Positions 39,717 to 48,804 of a stretch of 64,000 bases of DNA are shown here, piece after piece (position 1 is the first letter of the stretch; every line of letters begins with the position of its first letter). The DNA comes from Spirochaetaceae bacterium UBA6243 (GTDB lineage: Bacteria > Spirochaetota > Spirochaetia > Treponematales > Rectinemataceae), in the NCBI GenBank assembly GCA_002441395.1, contig DJVZ01000045.1:26940-90939 (forward strand), in the 5' to 3' direction. Made by a program: the position numbers and the translations under genes. The notes beneath the pieces are model-generated. The model saw only the letters and a program-made list of their open reading frames with translations. It was not told the origin of the DNA and made no database searches.

Positions 39717-41957
39717 CTACAGTGTCTCCTCTTCAATCGAAAGAATACTGGGAAGCGTGCGGAGCGCTTTCGCAACGCGCCTCAAATCTTCATGCGAATC
39801 GACCTCGAGGATGAAAAAACCAGAGAGTGTGCCGTCGCCGCGCTCCCCGAGTTTGCCCTCTTTGAGCCGGCCCGAGCACTTGCGCACCGTCGACTCGATT
39901 TCGGAGAAGATATCAACGGTTTTTTTGGTAGTGACGCGGTAGCGTGCCGTGGTGTTTATCGCCTCATCTTCCCATTTGACATCGATGCGCCGTTCGTCGA
40001 AATCCGCAATTGACATGAGCGAACGGCAGTCTTCGCGGTGGACTATGATGCCCCGGCCGCGGGACACATATCCGACGATGCGGTCCCCGGTCACCGGCTT
40101 GCAGCAGCCAGCGATGCGAATCATCATGTTGCGCATCCCGCCGACAGAGACCCCGGCCTTTTCGCTCCGGAGCACAAGGCCCGGCTTCAAACTATGAAAC
40201 TCGACGACCGACGGAAATCCTTCATCTCTCCCGCGCTGGGCTTCGGCCTGCGCGCGATCCTGTGCATGGGGCCGGGCCTGTGGCGATTCTGCAGGGGCCT
40301 TTTCGCTCTTCCGGGCAGCTACGATGTGCTTGTCTATCGCGACGGCCTGCCCCGTCTGCACGAGAAGCTGGCGAATTTTCGAGCGGGCTTTGCTCGTGTG
40401 GGCAATCTTGAGCCAGTTGAGGTTGGGCTTGGCGTTGGGCGAGGTGATGATGTCGACAATCTGCGTATTCTGAAGTTCGGAATCGAGAGACGCGATGGTG
40501 CCGTTTACTTTCGCGCCGAGACAGTGGCCCCCCACGTCCGAGTGAATTGCGAAGGCAAAATCGATGGGAGTTGATCCAGCGGGCAGCTCTATGACATCGC
40601 CCTTCGGCGTGAACACGAAGATGGAGTCGCGCAGGAGCTCGCGCTTGATCTCTTCGAGGTAACTGTCGCCTTCGGCGATAAACTGATTCCACTGCTTGAG
40701 CTTGTTGATAATGGGGAGGTCCTCGAGCTGCGGCAGTTCGGACGTCGTGCCCTTTTTATAGAGCCAATGCGACGCGACGCCATATTCGGCGACAAGATGC
40801 ATCTCGCGAGTACGAATCTGTATTTCAAGCAGCTGACCACCGTACGCGAGGACGGTGGTGTGAAGACTCTGGTAGCCGTTCGATTTCGGCATGGCAATAT
40901 AATCCTTGAACCGTCCGTCGATGGGCTTCCAGAGGCGATGCACAAGGCCCAACAGAGAGTAGCACTCATTGATGCTTTTGCAGATGATGCGTATGCCCAA
41001 AAGGTCATAGAGTTCCTCGGGACTTTTGCCGCGTTTCCGCATTTTCTGATATATCGAGTAAAAATGCTTGGCGCGCGCGCTCACTTCGACTTCAATTTCT
41101 TCTTTTGCCGCCGAGGAGAGAATCCTCTCAGTCACTTTTTTGAGAAATTCCTGGCGCGCATCCTTGCGCACATTCACTATGTCCTTTATCTGATCAAACA
41201 CTTCGCGGTTGAGCGACTTGAGCGACAAATCCTCCAGCTCATCCTTGAGCCATGAAATACCGAGCCTGTCGGCGAGCGGCGCGTAGATATCGATACATTC
41301 GGTCGCAATCTCCTTCTGACGCTCCTCCGGCAGATACTTCAGCGTGCGCATGCTGTCGAGTTTGTCCGCAAGCTTGACGAGGATGACACGGATGTCGCTT
41401 GTGAGCGCGAAGAGCATCTTCCGCATCGTCTCGGCGGCGTGAACGGACTTGTTCTTCGCCCGCACGGACGAAAGCCTGTTGACGCCGGCCACGATCAGCG
41501 CCGTTTCCTTGCCATAGAGCTCTTCAATGTGCGGATCCGGGGCCGCAAGCAGAGAATTCAAGGCACCGGCATCTTTTTCCTTCCGCGTACGACCGGATTT
41601 GCCTTGTGGCGATGGTACTTTATTCGGGTTCTGTGCTGCACTGCTCTGAGGTTGCCCGCCGCTGTCTGGCTTATTTGAACTCTCCTGCGCGGAATTTGGC
41701 ACCGGCGAAAAACCGGAGACGCGATCCACTGTTGTATCGTGGAGGAGCCCGGCCAAAATCGATTCCAAATCCATGCCGAGTTCGAGCAGAATTTCAGCGA
41801 CGCGTACATCATGATAGAACGCTGGCTCACCCGAAGCGCGTTTTCTGTCGCCATGGGTACTTTGAGTATATTCCGCGGCGCTTGACAGAAAATTCTTTTC
41901 CTCAGCGTTAAAACGATGTTCAGCCTTCGAAAGAAAATTCTGTAGTATTTCATCCAT
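39717..41957 (-). CDS. rel: Long RelA/SpoT homologue (synthetase, TGS, ZFD, ACT) with a degenerate hydrolase domain
   Basis: YAPLADRLG, RAKHFYSIYQKM, DLLGIR, RFKDYIA.PK.NGYQSLHT, EIQIRT, TPIDFAF.IHS and CCKPV motifs. Confidence 0.93.
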   Translation of the reverse strand: MDEILQNFLSKAEHRFNAEEKNFLSSAAEYTQSTHGDRKRASGEPAFYHDVRVAEILLELGMDLESILAGLLHDTTVDRVSGFSPVPNSAQESSNKPDSGGQPQSSAAQNPNKVPSPQGKSGRTRKEKDAGALNSLLAAPDPHIEELYGKETALIVAGVNRLSSVRAKNKSVHAAETMRKMLFALTSDIRVILVKLADKLDSMRTLKYLPEERQKEIATECIDIYAPLADRLGISWLKDELEDLSLKSLNREVFDQIKDIVNVRKDARQEFLKKVTERILSSAAKEEIEVEVSARAKHFYSIYQKMRKRGKSPEELYDLLGIRIICKSINECYSLLGLVHRLWKPIDGRFKDYIAMPKSNGYQSLHTTVLAYGGQLLEIQIRTREMHLVAEYGVASHWLYKKGTTSELPQLEDLPIINKLKQWNQFIAEGDSYLEEIKRELLRDSIFVFTPKGDVIELPAGSTPIDFAFAIHSDVGGHCLGAKVNGTIASLDSELQNTQIVDIITSPNAKPNLNWLKIAHTSKARSKIRQLLVQTGQAVAIDKHIVAARKSEKAPAESPQARPHAQDRAQAEAQRGRDEGFPSVVEFHSLKPGLVLRSEKAGVSVGGMRNMMIRIAGCCKPVTGDRIVGYVSRGRGIIVHREDCRSLMSIADFDERRIDVKWEDEAINTTARYRVTTKKTVDIFSEIESTVRKCSGRLKEGKLGERGDGTLSGFFILEVDSHEDLRRVAKALRTLPSILSIEEETL

Positions 41958-42810
41958 GATGAGCACCTGCCACTCTTGTTCTTCCCGCAAGATCCTTCCA
42001 CGTTCTAATGTCGCAAAATCCTTCCTTTTCGAATAGGGCTGTCGCTTCAGGGATCTGGAAAGGATCCATTTCCAATAATAATACACCATTTTGGGATAAA
42101 AATTTATGCCCCTCCATGATTATCGCCCGGACGAATTTCATGCCATCGATGCCTCCGTCAAGGGCGAGGAGGGGGTCTTTCCAGCCGTCGCCGACGAGCC
42201 GCTCGGCCTGCGCGCGGGAGACGTAGGGCGGATTCGCCGCGATGAGATCGAATCTTCCTTCAATACTGAAAAAGAGATCGGACTCGATGAAGCTGATCGA
42301 TGGGGACGGCAGAAGCCGCCGGGCGTTTTCCCTTGCGACATCCAGGGCAGAAGGCGAGACATCGGAGGCTGACACCCGCCACTGCGGCCTTTCGGCGGCG
42401 ATGCTGACGGCGACCGCTCCCGTCCCCGTGCACATATCAAGCACGGAGAGATGGCTGGCCCCTTCGCCTGTATTGAAGGCTTTTGAAAGCGCGTCGCCCG
42501 ACTCGAGCGCGGCATCCACGAGCACTTCCGTGTCCTGGCGCGGCGAAAGCACATTGTCGTTTACCAGAAATTCGCGCCCGAAAAACTCGCGGAAACCCCG
42601 GATGTGCGCAACGCTTTCGCCGCGCCGCCGCCGCTCGACCATCTCATGAAAAGAAGTCGGCACATTCTCCACCCGATCCGGAAGCATCGCCAGCACCTTC
42701 TCCTTGGGAAGGTCCAGGCTGCAGCACAGCAGCAGAACCGCGTCGAGGAAGGGTGTTTCGCTTGAAGAGAAAGAGTGTGCCGCCTCGAGAAGCATATCTC
42801 TGTAGGTCAT
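41950..42810 (-). CDS. prmC: Release factor glutamine methyltransferase
   Basis: [21 protein letters not shown] and ALDGG motifs; ATGA overlap with prfA. Confidence 0.93.
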   Translation of the reverse strand: MTYRDMLLEAAHSFSSSETPFLDAVLLLCCSLDLPKEKVLAMLPDRVENVPTSFHEMVERRRRGESVAHIRGFREFFGREFLVNDNVLSPRQDTEVLVDAALESGDALSKAFNTGEGASHLSVLDMCTGTGAVAVSIAAERPQWRVSASDVSPSALDVARENARRLLPSPSISFIESDLFFSIEGRFDLIAANPPYVSRAQAERLVGDGWKDPLLALDGGIDGMKFVRAIIMEGHKFLSQNGVLLLEMDPFQIPEATALFEKEGFCDIRTWKDLAGRTRVAGAHHG

Positions 42811-43886
42811 GCCATTTCGCGCCCGCCTGATTCGAAGGTCTGCTGTTTGCCCCACGCCACCAGCGCTTCGAGCAATTCATCGAGCTCGCCTTCCATGATG
42901 AGATCGAGTTTATAGAGCGTCAGGTCGATCCGGTGATCCGTGAGGCGGTTCTGCGGAAAATTGTAAGTCCGTATGCGCTCGGAGCGGTCCCCTGTCCCCA
43001 CCTGACTGCGCCTCTCGGCGGAGCGCTCGGCCTGACGTTTCTCGTCCTCGATCTCGAAGAGCCTCGCGCGGAGAATGCGCATGGCCTTGGCCTTGTTCTT
43101 GATCTGGCTCTTTTCGTCCTGACAGTGCACCACGATGCCGGTGGGAAGGTGCGTGATGCGCACCGCGGAATCCGTCGTGTTGACGCTCTGTCCGCCCGGT
43201 CCGGAGGAACGCATGACATCTATGCGCAGATCCTCGGGCTTTATCTCGATCTCCGTCTCTTCCATTTCGGGCAACACGGCGACCGTCACCGCGCTCGTGT
43301 GAATTCTGCCCGAGTTTTCGGTCGCGGGCACACGCTGCACCCGATGAACGCCGGATTCATAGCGGAGTCTTTCATACGCGGCACCGCCCGAAATCGAAAA
43401 AATGATCTCTTTTATGCCGCCGAGCTCAGTCTCGTTCATGTTCATGACTTCGAGATTCCATCCGTGACCATCCGCGTACCGGGTGTACATACGGTAAAGG
43501 TCGGCAGCAAACAGCGCCGCCTCCTCCCCACCCGTGCCCGCGCGTATCTCCATGATGACCGCTTTATCGGCGAACGGATCGCGCGGCATAAGGAGTGACT
43601 TCAGTCTTTCCTCAAGCACGAGGGAGCGGCTCCGAAGCTGCAGCAGCTCCTGTTCGGCAAGTTCTTTCAATTCATCATCCTGCCCGTCTTCCACGAGCGC
43701 TTCGGTCTCGTGAATTGAAAAGGCAATCCTCTGCGTTTCGTCGAATGTCTCGATGACTTCGGAAAGGCGCGCACGCTCTTTCATCAGAGCGCGGTATTTC
43801 TGTTGGTCGCGAAGAATATCCGCTTTCGAAATGAGTTCCTCTATTTCAGCGATGCGGGATCGCATCTGTTGTATTCGTTCCATCAC
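42807..43886 (-). CDS. prfA: Peptide chain release factor 1
   Basis: [19 protein letters not shown] (PxT), [10 protein letters not shown] and RIRTYNFPQ motifs. Confidence 0.97.
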   Translation of the reverse strand: MMERIQQMRSRIAEIEELISKADILRDQQKYRALMKERARLSEVIETFDETQRIAFSIHETEALVEDGQDDELKELAEQELLQLRSRSLVLEERLKSLLMPRDPFADKAVIMEIRAGTGGEEAALFAADLYRMYTRYADGHGWNLEVMNMNETELGGIKEIIFSISGGAAYERLRYESGVHRVQRVPATENSGRIHTSAVTVAVLPEMEETEIEIKPEDLRIDVMRSSGPGGQSVNTTDSAVRITHLPTGIVVHCQDEKSQIKNKAKAMRILRARLFEIEDEKRQAERSAERRSQVGTGDRSERIRTYNFPQNRLTDHRIDLTLYKLDLIMEGELDELLEALVAWGKQQTFESGGREMA

Positions 43887-43892
43887 GGATGA

Positions 43893-43922
43893 ATGGTAGC
43901 CTGTTTGAGGCTAACGGTTCAA
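43893..43922 (-). promoter_or_regulatory. Promoter abutting the prfA start
   Basis: TTGAAC-N18-TACCAT-N6-GTG. Confidence 0.6.
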
Positions 43923-43929
43923 CTCCCGC

Positions 43930-43958
43930 TTGCGCGAGTACGCGCGTGCCGATACTAT
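43930..43958 (+). promoter_or_regulatory. Promoter abutting the serS start
   Basis: TTGCGC-N17-TACTAT-N6-ATG. Confidence 0.65.
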
Positions 43959-43964
43959 CTAGCC

Positions 43965-45248
43965 ATGCTCGACATACGTTTTATCAAAGATAATCTGGAT
44001 GCGGTCCGGCAAAATATTCGCGATCGCTATATGAACGCGGATGCCGATCTGGTGGTCTCACTCTACGACAAGCGCAATGGCACGCTTCGCGAACTTGAGG
44101 ACGCCAGGCGTCTCAGGAACGAGAATGCGCAGGCGATGAAATCTCCCTTGTCCGCGGAAGATCGCGCACGTCGCATCGAAGAGGGCAAACGGCTCAAAGA
44201 GACGATCGCCCGCCTCGAATCGGAACTTCAGGAAGTCGAAACGTCATTTGCCGCTGAAATGGCCAAAATTCCGAACATGGCCCATCCCATGGCGCCCCGT
44301 GGAAAAGAGGACAAGGACAACCTTGAAGTAAAACGCGTCGGCGTCCCGACAAGCTTTGATTTTCCTCCGAAGGACCACGTCGAGCTCGGCCAGAGTCTCG
44401 ACATCATAGACTTTGACACGGCGACGAAAGTTTCGGGGACGAAATTCTATTACTTAAAAAATGAAGGTGTCATCCTCGAGCTCGCGCTCGTGCGCTATGC
44501 CCTGGATATTCTTTCAAAGCATGGTTTCACGCTGATGACCACGCCGGATGTCGCAAAGACCGAAATTCTGGAAGGCATCGGCTTCAACCCACGGGGGGCG
44601 GAATCGAACGTCTACACGCTGGAAGGTGAAGGGACCTGTCTCATCGGCACGGCGGAGATCACGCTCGGCGGATACCACAGCGGCGCGGTCCTTGAAAACG
44701 AGCAGCTGCCCATCCGCTTTGCGGGCGTATCCCACTGCTTCAGGAGAGAAGCCGGGGCGGCGGGCCAATTCTCAAAGGGCCTCTACCGCGTGCATCAGTT
44801 TACGAAAGTCGAGATGTTCGTGTACTGCCTGCCGGAGGACTCCGGTCAAATCCACGAGGAGCTCCGCGCAATCGAGGAAGAGATTTTTTCGAGCCTCGAT
44901 ATTCCTTTCCGGGTCGTCGATACGTGCACGGGCGATCTCGGGGCTCCCGCCTATCGCAAGTGGGACCTGGAAGCGTGGATGCCCGGGCGCAACAGCGGCG
45001 AATGGGGAGAAATCACCTCAACTTCAAATTGCACCGACTATCAGGCTCGCAGGCTCAATGTGCGCTACAGGGATGAAGAGGGAAAAAACCGCTTTGTGCA
45101 CATGCTGAACGGCACCGCCGTGGCTTGTTCACGCGCGATTATTTCAATACTCGAGAATTTCCAGCGGGCCGATGGTTCGGTCCGAATTCCCACGACACTC
45201 ATTCCCTATTGCGGCTTTGATGTTATACAACCGCGCCGCGGCATATAA
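43965..45248 (+). CDS. serS: Serine--tRNA ligase
   Basis: MLDIRFIK, IGTAE, CFRREAG, GLYRVHQFTKVE, SNCTDYQARR and LNGTA motifs. Confidence 0.97.
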   Translation: MLDIRFIKDNLDAVRQNIRDRYMNADADLVVSLYDKRNGTLRELEDARRLRNENAQAMKSPLSAEDRARRIEEGKRLKETIARLESELQEVETSFAAEMAKIPNMAHPMAPRGKEDKDNLEVKRVGVPTSFDFPPKDHVELGQSLDIIDFDTATKVSGTKFYYLKNEGVILELALVRYALDILSKHGFTLMTTPDVAKTEILEGIGFNPRGAESNVYTLEGEGTCLIGTAEITLGGYHSGAVLENEQLPIRFAGVSHCFRREAGAAGQFSKGLYRVHQFTKVEMFVYCLPEDSGQIHEELRAIEEEIFSSLDIPFRVVDTCTGDLGAPAYRKWDLEAWMPGRNSGEWGEITSTSNCTDYQARRLNVRYRDEEGKNRFVHMLNGTAVACSRAIISILENFQRADGSVRIPTTLIPYCGFDVIQPRRGI

Positions 45249-45295
45249 GCGCGCCGCGATTCATGGAACTTGCGGCGACGGTGGGGCTGTCCCGC

Positions 45296-45736
45296 TTACG
45301 GCAGACTGGGCGAAGACATCATCGGTTTACGCCAGGGTTGAATCGTCCCGGCCGCCTCCCAGCGGATTTTTCGCCGTATTTCCAACTTGCCCGCTGCGGA
45401 TTGTGCGCATACTCCGAAAAGCCCGCTTCCTATGTACATGAGCTTTTCGTCCGGCGTGAGCTTTTCTTCCTTGGACAGGAGTTCCAGGGCACAATCAAAA
45501 TGAATCGGCTCGCCGTCTTCTCTCGACGCAATCGCTCCCGTCAGATCGAAGATAGGCTTGCCACACACCGCGCAGATCTTGAGCTCTTGCGTCGCGCGTT
45601 CAGCCTGAGGCTTCTGTGATGATGCATTCGCCTCCTGCTGTATGGCCGACCGGGCCGGCTTGCGCCTGCGAAAATTGTGGTTGCGGAATTTTCCGTTTCC
45701 GTGTTTCGATGGATTATTGTTCGGTTCGTTGCTCAT
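45296..45736 (-). CDS. Hypothetical protein with a basic N-terminus and a putative Zn site (CxxC...HxxC)
   Basis: CAVCGKPI...IHFDC; ATGA overlap with the upstream ORF. Confidence 0.72.
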   Translation of the reverse strand: MSNEPNNNPSKHGNGKFRNHNFRRRKPARSAIQQEANASSQKPQAERATQELKICAVCGKPIFDLTGAIASREDGEPIHFDCALELLSKEEKLTPDEKLMYIGSGLFGVCAQSAAGKLEIRRKIRWEAAGTIQPWRKPMMSSPSLP

Positions 45737-45954
45737 CGCGATTTGCCCTTCACTGTATTTGACAGCATTTCGGCAATCGATGCAATCGCCCCGTCCAGAT
45801 AGTGGTCGTCGACAAGTTTATGCTTGAGTTCATAGAGTCGTTTCCAGCTCGTGGCTTTCATTTCTTCGGTGATATCATAATCCGAAAGAAGAAAATCATC
45901 GGGAGTCGAGCCGGCCCAGCCTGGCATGTCTCGCGAGATATTACTCTGCTTCAT
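45733..45954 (-). CDS. Small hypothetical protein
   Basis: Co-oriented and overlapping both neighbours; helical C-terminus YLDGAIASIAEMLS; start uncertain (45954 or 45966). Confidence 0.6.
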   Translation of the reverse strand: MKQSNISRDMPGWAGSTPDDFLLSDYDITEEMKATSWKRLYELKHKLVDDHYLDGAIASIAEMLSNTVKGKSR

Positions 45955-46333
45955 CGTGTTCCGCAAATGTGCCTTCCATATGCCTCACGCAGGCATCCCC
46001 TTGTACCAACATCACATCGTATCTAATGCGATACTGATTATATTTTCGATTCATCGTGAGAAATAGTTTAGAAGTTTCGATGATTGACCGGCGTTTTTTT
46101 GCATTGATGACATGCTGAAGGTCTTCCCGTGTATATCGATTCGCCGTTTTGACTTCGATGAAGGCTAAAATTCCGCCGCGCGCGGCAATAATATCGATTT
46201 CGCCACGCCTTGCACGAAAATTTCTGGACAGAATAGACCAGCCGGCCCCGGCAAGATATTGGAGGGCCTTATCTTCGCCTTCCCTGCCGCGCTGCGCAGT
46301 ACATTTTTTCAATTTCCCCCGGGCTACATACAT
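45941..46333 (-). CDS. YraN (UPF0102) family protein
   Basis: GREGED.A..YL, RNFR..RGEIDII, FIEVKT and RYDV motifs; start placed downstream of the rplS terminator. Confidence 0.9.
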   Translation of the reverse strand: MYVARGKLKKCTAQRGREGEDKALQYLAGAGWSILSRNFRARRGEIDIIAARGGILAFIEVKTANRYTREDLQHVINAKKRRSIIETSKLFLTMNRKYNQYRIRYDVMLVQGDACVRHMEGTFAEHDEAE

Positions 46334-46406
46334 TCTTGTTTTTGCGCTCCCACTTATAGTACGCAAGAGAAGGTGGGGCTGTGCTTCAAAATTCCGTATT
46401 ACCCAT

Positions 46407-46441
46407 AAAAAAGCTGCCCAAACATCCGCCCGGGCAGCTTT
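46407..46441 (-). terminator. Intrinsic terminator after rplS
   Basis: AAAGCTGCCC/GGGCAGCTTT stem with a T6 tract on the minus strand. Confidence 0.78.
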
Positions 46442-46480
46442 ATACACGTATAAACGCGGCAGGAGCGCGCCGCAGCTCCG

Positions 46481-46852
46481 TTATGCTTGTCGTTGATCGC
46501 TCTTGCGGCCGCCAACCAGAGTCTTGACCTTCGATTTCTTGCCAACCTTTGTGCGGATATAGTAGAGCTTGGCGTGGCGGACTTTGCCGGTCTTCACGAT
46601 TTCGACCTTTTCGACACGAGGTGAATTATAGGGGAAGACACGCTCGACGCCCACGCCATAAGAGTTTTTTCTCACGGTGAATGTCTTGCCCGCCCCCGCA
46701 TTCTTCGTCGTGATGACGAGTCCTTCATATACCTGAATTCGCTCTGTTTTACCTTCAACAATTTTAAAACTGACGCGGACAGTATCTCCAACCCTGAATG
46801 CGGGCAGATCAGTCCGCATCTGTTCCGCCTGAATTTGCTGTACGAGGTTCAT
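46481..46852 (-). CDS. rplS: 50S ribosomal protein L19
   Basis: [25 protein letters not shown] and GKVR.AKLYY motifs. Confidence 0.97.
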   Translation of the reverse strand: MNLVQQIQAEQMRTDLPAFRVGDTVRVSFKIVEGKTERIQVYEGLVITTKNAGAGKTFTVRKNSYGVGVERVFPYNSPRVEKVEIVKTGKVRHAKLYYIRTKVGKKSKVKTLVGGRKSDQRQA

Positions 46853-47579
46853 TCTCTCCCCCTTCGTCTATCACTTCTTTGAGCAACCTGCCGACTTCTC
46901 CGGACAGATCGATTGTATGCAAAAGTTCCGGCCTGTAGGCCAGCGTCTTGATGAGGCTCGCTTTGAGCCGCCACCGCGCGATCGTGGCGTGATTGCCACT
47001 TACCAGCACTTCCGGGACGTGCATCGTAGCATATTCTTCAGGCCTTGTATACTGGGGATACTCCAACAGGCCCGACGAAAAACTCTCCTCCGAGAGCGAT
47101 TCGCCCGAAATCACGCCAGGCACCAAGCGATATATCGCGTCGACCAGCACCATCGCGGCGACCTCGCCGCTAGAAAGCACATAATCCCCGATGGAGACCA
47201 CATCGGTCACTCTCGTGTCGATGACGCGCTGATCGATTCCCTCGTAGCGTCCGCAAAGGATGACGAGATTCTCTTCCCTCGCAAGATCGGCAGCCATCGC
47301 CTGGTTGAAAAGTCTGCCGGAAGGCGTCACATAGATTGTCCGAAGCTCTGGAGAGCCCGCTGCCTCGAGCGCTCTGTCCAGAGGTTCAGGTTTCATCAGC
47401 ATGCCCGCGCCGCCGCCGAACACCTCGTCATCGCACTTGCGGTGGCGGTCATAGGCATAATCCCGAATGTTGACAAGTTCGTATGAAACAAGCCCCTTCG
47501 CAACCGCCCGTTTCATGATCGAAGCTGAAAAATAGGCTTCGAGAATTTCGGGAAAGAGCGAAAGAAGCTTGATATTCAT
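46809..47579 (-). CDS. trmD: tRNA (guanine-N1)-methyltransferase
   Basis: [29 protein letters not shown] and [10 protein letters not shown] motifs. Confidence 0.96.
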   Translation of the reverse strand: MNIKLLSLFPEILEAYFSASIMKRAVAKGLVSYELVNIRDYAYDRHRKCDDEVFGGGAGMLMKPEPLDRALEAAGSPELRTIYVTPSGRLFNQAMAADLAREENLVILCGRYEGIDQRVIDTRVTDVVSIGDYVLSSGEVAAMVLVDAIYRLVPGVISGESLSEESFSSGLLEYPQYTRPEEYATMHVPEVLVSGNHATIARWRLKASLIKTLAYRPELLHTIDLSGEVGRLLKEVIDEGGENEPRTANSGGTDAD

Positions 47580-48103
47580 TCCAGAATCCATGAGCTCACA
47601 ATTTCAAGCTCACCCTTCTCCTCATCAACATTGCCGACAAACTCTTTGCGGAAAGGAACAAGCGCCGCTCCCCCGCGGTCTAGCCTCACTTCCAGAAGGT
47701 CGTCGGCGCCCCCTCCGATCACCGCAGCGATTACCCCGACGCGCAGCCCGCCCACCGTCACGATCATGCCCACCAAATCGGCAACATAATATTCACCCGG
47801 TTTTTTGGGGCAAGCCTGTTCGCGCGGCAGAAAGACCTCCCGACCCGCGAGCTGGCGCGCTTCTTCGGGCGTCCCATAGCCCTCAAAAACGATGCTGGCT
47901 CCCCAGCCGCCTTGCAAGACATGCAGAATCTTCATCGGCCTGGCGTCTTCCAGTCCGAGCGGCCCGCCTACAAGAATTTCGCCCGCACGCGCGATGTGTG
48001 AAAATTCACCGGAATAGCTTACAAGTCTAAGCTCGCCCTCCAGGCCTCTGACAGAACCGAGCCTTGCGACGGCGAGATAATTTGGCTTCCGCGTATCATT
48101 CAT
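47576..48103 (-). CDS. rimM: 16S rRNA processing protein RimM
   Basis: G..RGLEGE, EYYVADLVG, GADDLL and LVPF motifs; operon position. Confidence 0.93.
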   Translation of the reverse strand: MNDTRKPNYLAVARLGSVRGLEGELRLVSYSGEFSHIARAGEILVGGPLGLEDARPMKILHVLQGGWGASIVFEGYGTPEEARQLAGREVFLPREQACPKKPGEYYVADLVGMIVTVGGLRVGVIAAVIGGGADDLLEVRLDRGGAALVPFRKEFVGNVDEEKGELEIVSSWILE

Positions 48104-48118
48104 GGCGGCTGACCAATT

Positions 48119-48352
48119 TCAGTCCAGAATCTCCAGAATGACGCGTTTCGACTGAGATGAAGCGGAAGCAGACAAAATAGTCCGGATCGCACGCGCGATG
48201 CGGCCATTCTTGCCGATGACCTTGCCGATATCATTCTCCGCGACCCTCAGCTCAAGAATCGTGGACTTTTCACCTTCAATCACCTTGATGTTGACGGCAT
48301 CGGGATTATCGACAAGAGATTTGACAATATATTCAACGAGATCGCGTTCCAT
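48119..48352 (-). CDS. khpA: KH-domain RNA-binding protein KhpA
   Basis: DIGKVIGKNGRIARAIRT; lies between rpsP and rimM. Confidence 0.92.
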   Translation of the reverse strand: MERDLVEYIVKSLVDNPDAVNIKVIEGEKSTILELRVAENDIGKVIGKNGRIARAIRTILSASASSQSKRVILEILD

Positions 48353-48367
48353 AATATCCCAACCGGC

Positions 48368-48619
48368 TTAGCCGAGCTGTATCCCTTTCTTGTTGAAAAG
48401 GGATCGGACGGTGTCGGAGGGCAGAGCACCCTTCGAAAGCCACTCTCTGGCCTTGGTTTCATTGATGTTGAGCTGCTTGTCCTCTGTCTCGATCGGATGA
48501 TAGTAGCCTAGCTCATCAATTGTCTTGGAATCGCGCGCAGAACGGGAATCCATGACGACTATTCGATAGTATGGCCTGGCTTTTGCGCCGAATCTTTTCA
48601 GCCTGATATGTACACTCAC
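48368..48619 (-). CDS. rpsP: 30S ribosomal protein S16
   Basis: IRLKRFG.K.RPYYRIVV.DSR and WLSKGA.PSDTV motifs; GTG start with AGGAGG. Confidence 0.97.
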   Translation of the reverse strand: MSVHIRLKRFGAKARPYYRIVVMDSRSARDSKTIDELGYYHPIETEDKQLNINETKAREWLSKGALPSDTVRSLFNKKGIQLG

Positions 48620-48717
48620 AAAAATCCTCCTGATTCCGCAAAATCGCTATGTGGGCTTCGTATTGTCCGCACATCCGTTCCCGTGCGAAGCCCGAATGAG
48701 GGAACTCGCGCCGAAAA

Positions 48718-48747
48718 TTTATACACTATTCCGTGGCATGAAGTCAA
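48718..48747 (-). promoter_or_regulatory. Promoter of the S16 operon
   Basis: TTGACT-N18-TATAAA with a TG extension. Confidence 0.55.
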
Positions 48748-48804
48748 CTCGGTACGGGCGGCATTGTCTTGCTACAATTATCGCGTTGGAGTACCTTCCA
48801 GACT

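Noticed and set aside
46809..46852. 44-nt trmD/rplS overlap as a frameshift signal
   Set aside because: Both proteins are complete. This is a simple C-terminal extension over the rplS SD.
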